DNA of 18,126 bases. Source: Candidatus Heimdallarchaeota archaeon (GTDB taxonomy: Archaea > Asgardarchaeota > Heimdallarchaeia > JABLTI01). The position numbers were made by a program, and so were the translations under genes. The stretch covers positions 1-18,126 of the forward strand of contig JAUWKS010000064.1 of assembly GCA_030614005.1 (NCBI GenBank), read 5' to 3'. Below the pieces are notes generated by a model. It did no database searches. It was given only the letters and a program-made list of their open reading frames with translations, and was not told the DNA's origin. The first letter of the stretch is position 1. Each line of letters opens with the position of its first letter. Positions 15,221 through 18,126 of the stretch are shown here, piece after piece.

Positions 15221-15283
15221 ATCACAAGATAATACCTTATACTATAAAATGATTTGTAAATAGAAATCTAAAATACTACTAAT

Positions 15284-17698
15284 CTATTTATTAGTAATTA
15301 TTTTATTACCGTTACTTTTTGATTTGATAATTTGTTTTAATTTATTCTTTAATATCCAATCAGGAGATTCGTTTACTTTTCTTTGAAATCGTTCTAAATT
15401 TGCAGTATCTATGTTCGATAAAGCATTGATAATTTCTCTCGAGCGACTATAATCTGTAATTTCAAACAAACCATATAATTCGTTCACTGCAAAAGATTCT
15501 CCTGTTTTCGCAAGAATAATTAAGGCATCTTTATACAGTTCTTCGTCTACTGGATGTTCTATTAATTCTTTGATTTCATCTGTAGAGACTTTCGCATCAG
15601 AAATTTTCAATGCCTCTAATACACTCTCTACAATAGTTAGTTTTTTGAAACGTTCACCAAGCTCCGACAGCCAATCATCATCCTTTATTTCTTTAGTATC
15701 TATTTCATCATCTAATGAGTCATCATTACTACCATATTCGGTAATAGTGCTTTCTTCGATTACTTCGGATTCCAAGGTTAAATCTAACTCTTGATCATTA
15801 AAATCTTCTCGAAGTTCTAGAGAGTTCTGAGAGGTTTCACCAAATCTTTTGATCCAACGATTAATATCTTCATCAACCAATTTTTCTTGTGATGCATCCA
15901 TTTTTCGTGGGACTCTTTGAGTTGCACCAATTTCTTCGATACTTGACTGCTCTGTAATTGAATCAGTTTCTTCTTCATCCCATCTAGAGTCATAATTTTC
16001 AATCATAGCATCTGCAAATTCTAATGTGCCATCTTCAATTGCTTTGTAAATGATTCCCAGGAAAATTGGTATCGCTTCTTGTGAATTGAGAGCACCTAAT
16101 GTGATAATTGCTTGTCTTTGAACACTCATAAATTGTTCATTTAACATACTGACGATTAATTTTTCTTCGATATTTTGATCAAAATGATTTATTGCTTTCA
16201 ATCCGGAAATTGCTTCTAATCTTATTTTTGGATCATAATCGTTAAGTGCATTAAGTAATAATGGTAGTGCCTTTTCTGATTTTAGCTTACCAAGAGAGAA
16301 AAGAGCATTCCAGTAGAACATGTCTTCATTATCTCCCTCATTCAAAACAATAATATCTTTCTCAAGTGTTCTTCCATTCATTATTAATTGTTCATTATCA
16401 AAATCATCAAAATAATCAATATCAGAATGGAATTGTATCATTTGATCTGTTAACAGAGTTCGCTTTTCAAAATCTATCATTTCACTTATTTTCTCAATGA
16501 TATATTCTGCAGACATTTCTGTTCCAATAAAACCTAAAGTTGTTATTATTTCAAAAAGAACTTCAATTTCTACTGCTTTCTGTTTGGAAAAATGTAAAAG
16601 AATTTCCTCATAATTTGTTAGATTGAAAGTTCTAATTAATTTGATTGCTATTTTTAAATGAGGTGAAAGTAGATTTAGATTTTCTTGAATAAATTCCTCT
16701 GCAAAAACCTTCTGTTTTTCAGTTGGATATTTCTCTAAAAGATTCCAGGATTTAATAATTTCAACTCGAGTTTCTTTGTCTATCGCAAAAGGATCAATGT
16801 TGAAATATATTTCCTCAACAGCCATCTTAATTGCAAGAGTCGCTTTGATTAATTCTATTGTTGGTGTTTTTTTCTGAATTGTAATTAATTTTTGAATTAG
16901 AGAGTGAAGATTGACCTCTTTGATTAAATCAATGTCATATGGTAAAATAAAGGCTAACCCATTTGCCATTTTCAAAGTCATTGGTTGAAGAAAATCATCT
17001 TCTGAATCTAAGAAAAGATGAGGAAGTATTCCACTCCAAGCAAGATCACGAGACAGGTAGATTGTTTTAGTGGTTGTGGTTGTTTCATCTAAACCTTTGT
17101 TTTTAAATAACCAAAGGGCTGCTAATGGATTTCCTTTTCGAGCAAGAATTTTTGCTATTACATTTCTTTGGATAGTATTTTTGCCTAAATAGATGAATTT
17201 AGTACTCAGAAGCTCGATTATTTTACTATCAGTAAATAGTCCTAATGCAAAATAAGCATCTTCAAATAAAACATCGTAGTTGGACATTTTTTCAATGGTA
17301 GTGAAAAATTCATCCAAATCAAAATAACCTGCCATTAAAAGGCCAATTCTTCGTTCTTCCGCAAATGGAGAAATTAACAATGACTTGATTTTGGCATGAA
17401 TTTGTTCATCAATAGATCTAATGTCAGTACGAATGAACGATTTGATGAGAGAATTTGATAAAGAAATGGATTGGCCAATAATATGAGCTAAGGATAATAA
17501 ATCCAAAATCATGTGTATATCCATTTTTGCTGCTATCTTAGTAAGAATTCTTTCTGATTCGAAAGGAGTTAATTTAAAGTAATTATCTGAAAATATTTTC
17601 CAATTTTCTAAATCGAAGGAAAGCAGATATTTTGATACTGCTTTTGAGTAGTCTTTTGATGTTAATGCTAACATCACTTCTCGAGAGTATTTGTCCAA
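15284..17698 (-). CDS. Large HEAT-repeat (PBS-lyase-like) alpha-solenoid protein with an acidic low-complexity insert
   Basis: TTG start with upstream GGTG. HEAT units WNALFSLGKLKSEKALPLLLNALNDYDPKIRLEAISGL and VQRQAIITLGALNSQEAIPIFL; D/E-rich stretch around aa 560-680. Confidence 0.88.
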   Translation of the reverse strand: MDKYSREVMLALTSKDYSKAVSKYLLSFDLENWKIFSDNYFKLTPFESERILTKIAAKMDIHMILDLLSLAHIIGQSISLSNSLIKSFIRTDIRSIDEQIHAKIKSLLISPFAEERRIGLLMAGYFDLDEFFTTIEKMSNYDVLFEDAYFALGLFTDSKIIELLSTKFIYLGKNTIQRNVIAKILARKGNPLAALWLFKNKGLDETTTTTKTIYLSRDLAWSGILPHLFLDSEDDFLQPMTLKMANGLAFILPYDIDLIKEVNLHSLIQKLITIQKKTPTIELIKATLAIKMAVEEIYFNIDPFAIDKETRVEIIKSWNLLEKYPTEKQKVFAEEFIQENLNLLSPHLKIAIKLIRTFNLTNYEEILLHFSKQKAVEIEVLFEIITTLGFIGTEMSAEYIIEKISEMIDFEKRTLLTDQMIQFHSDIDYFDDFDNEQLIMNGRTLEKDIIVLNEGDNEDMFYWNALFSLGKLKSEKALPLLLNALNDYDPKIRLEAISGLKAINHFDQNIEEKLIVSMLNEQFMSVQRQAIITLGALNSQEAIPIFLGIIYKAIEDGTLEFADAMIENYDSRWDEEETDSITEQSSIEEIGATQRVPRKMDASQEKLVDEDINRWIKRFGETSQNSLELREDFNDQELDLTLESEVIEESTITEYGSNDDSLDDEIDTKEIKDDDWLSELGERFKKLTIVESVLEALKISDAKVSTDEIKELIEHPVDEELYKDALIILAKTGESFAVNELYGLFEITDYSRSREIINALSNIDTANLERFQRKVNESPDWILKNKLKQIIKSKSNGNKIITNK

Positions 17699-18126
17699 AT
17701 TTCTTTACACCAAACCTTTACCTTGTCGGTAAATCTAGATTCACTTTAGTTTGTAAGTAATACATACCAAGCAAAAAGGTTGATTTGTTCGCGCCTATTG
17801 ACGCAACGCTATCTTCTGATTTTAAAATCTTTGGATATCATATATTTAATGAACACCAAACAAAAGTTCGCCCAACACACCACTAAAATTAGTAATCAAT
17901 CGCTTTACCTTTATATATCTGCTTCAAAAAAAAACTTTAAGAAACATTTAATATGTTAAATCTAAATTGTACACGATAACAGTCAATTTCCCCAGACCTC
18001 ACTCTCAGTGAGTTAAGAATGTAATTATTTAATAATTATAAACAATCATGTGTTATTACACATCTTCAACGAGAGATAGTCATCAGAGTTGAGTTGAAGA
18101 GTATGAAGGTGAAAACAAAAACCCCC

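Noticed and set aside
6977-16002. Other short overlapping ORFs (6977, 9229, 9453, 10847, 11127, 11728, 13031, 14875, 15570, 15817)
   Set aside because: All are nested in or antisense to strong CDSs, 60-88 aa long, with no motifs.
5752-17698. Protocoatomer (beta-propeller + alpha-solenoid) system with the Rab-like GTPase
   Set aside because: The propellers are predicted extracellular (signal peptide, sequons) and are not WD40-like, while the HEAT protein is separate and distant. Nothing links them beyond proximity.
17780-17959. 59-codon TTG-started plus-strand ORF in the terminal intergenic region
   Set aside because: Atypical composition and no motif; probably chance.
10090-17964. Recurring TAAATCTA/TAGATTTA motif near several gene starts (10095, 11552, 11566, 17730, 17957)
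   Set aside because: This AT-rich 8-mer is expected a few times by chance in 18 kb and also occurs inside CDSs (e.g. near 8731 and 16670).
17990-18105. Hammerhead, C/D-box sRNA, SECIS or ORB interpretation of the minus-strand CTGATGA and G/C runs
   Set aside because: No GAAA/stem II for a hammerhead; the C-to-D spacing is too long with poor internal boxes; no SECIS stem pairing; the C-run is in the wrong orientation for an ORB G-string.
18103-18126. Possible gene start ATG AAG GTG AAA ACA AAA ACC CCC at the window edge
   Set aside because: Only 8 codons are visible. It is equally explained as the reverse complement of a terminator tail.

Overview
AT-rich archaeal chromosomal window, most consistent with an Asgard archaeon. 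This is an inference from the co-occurrence of an unprenylated Rab-like GTPase, F420-dependent Mtd, NucS, GGTGA/GAGGT ribosome-binding motifs and heavily sequon-bearing, C-terminally anchored surface proteins. It holds about 16 real CDSs: two beta-propeller + Ca-binding (TSP3-like) stalk + TM surface proteins (the first 5'-truncated), an EamA transporter, two HEAT-like proteins, a 4-TM protein with claudin-like topology, a membrane-embedded M28 peptidase, nucS, an APH-family kinase, a TIM-barrel isomerase/epimerase, a DtxR/MntR regulator, mtd, a DUF2225-like protein, a Rab-like GTPase, arsC and a membrane zinc-ribbon protein. No rRNA, tRNA, CRISPR array or mobile element is visible. The best leads are: (i) a near-perfect DtxR/SirR-type operator (TTAGGTTGACCTAA) plus a second palindrome in the divergent promoter shared by the metal regulator and mtd-DUF2225, hinting at metal control of C1 metabolism; (ii) the claudin-like 4-TM protein; (iii) two adhesin-like proteins with different propeller heads on a shared Ca-binding stalk cassette; (iv) an ArsR/SmtB-type operator before an orphan arsC. 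All family calls come from motif recognition by eye; no searches were run.
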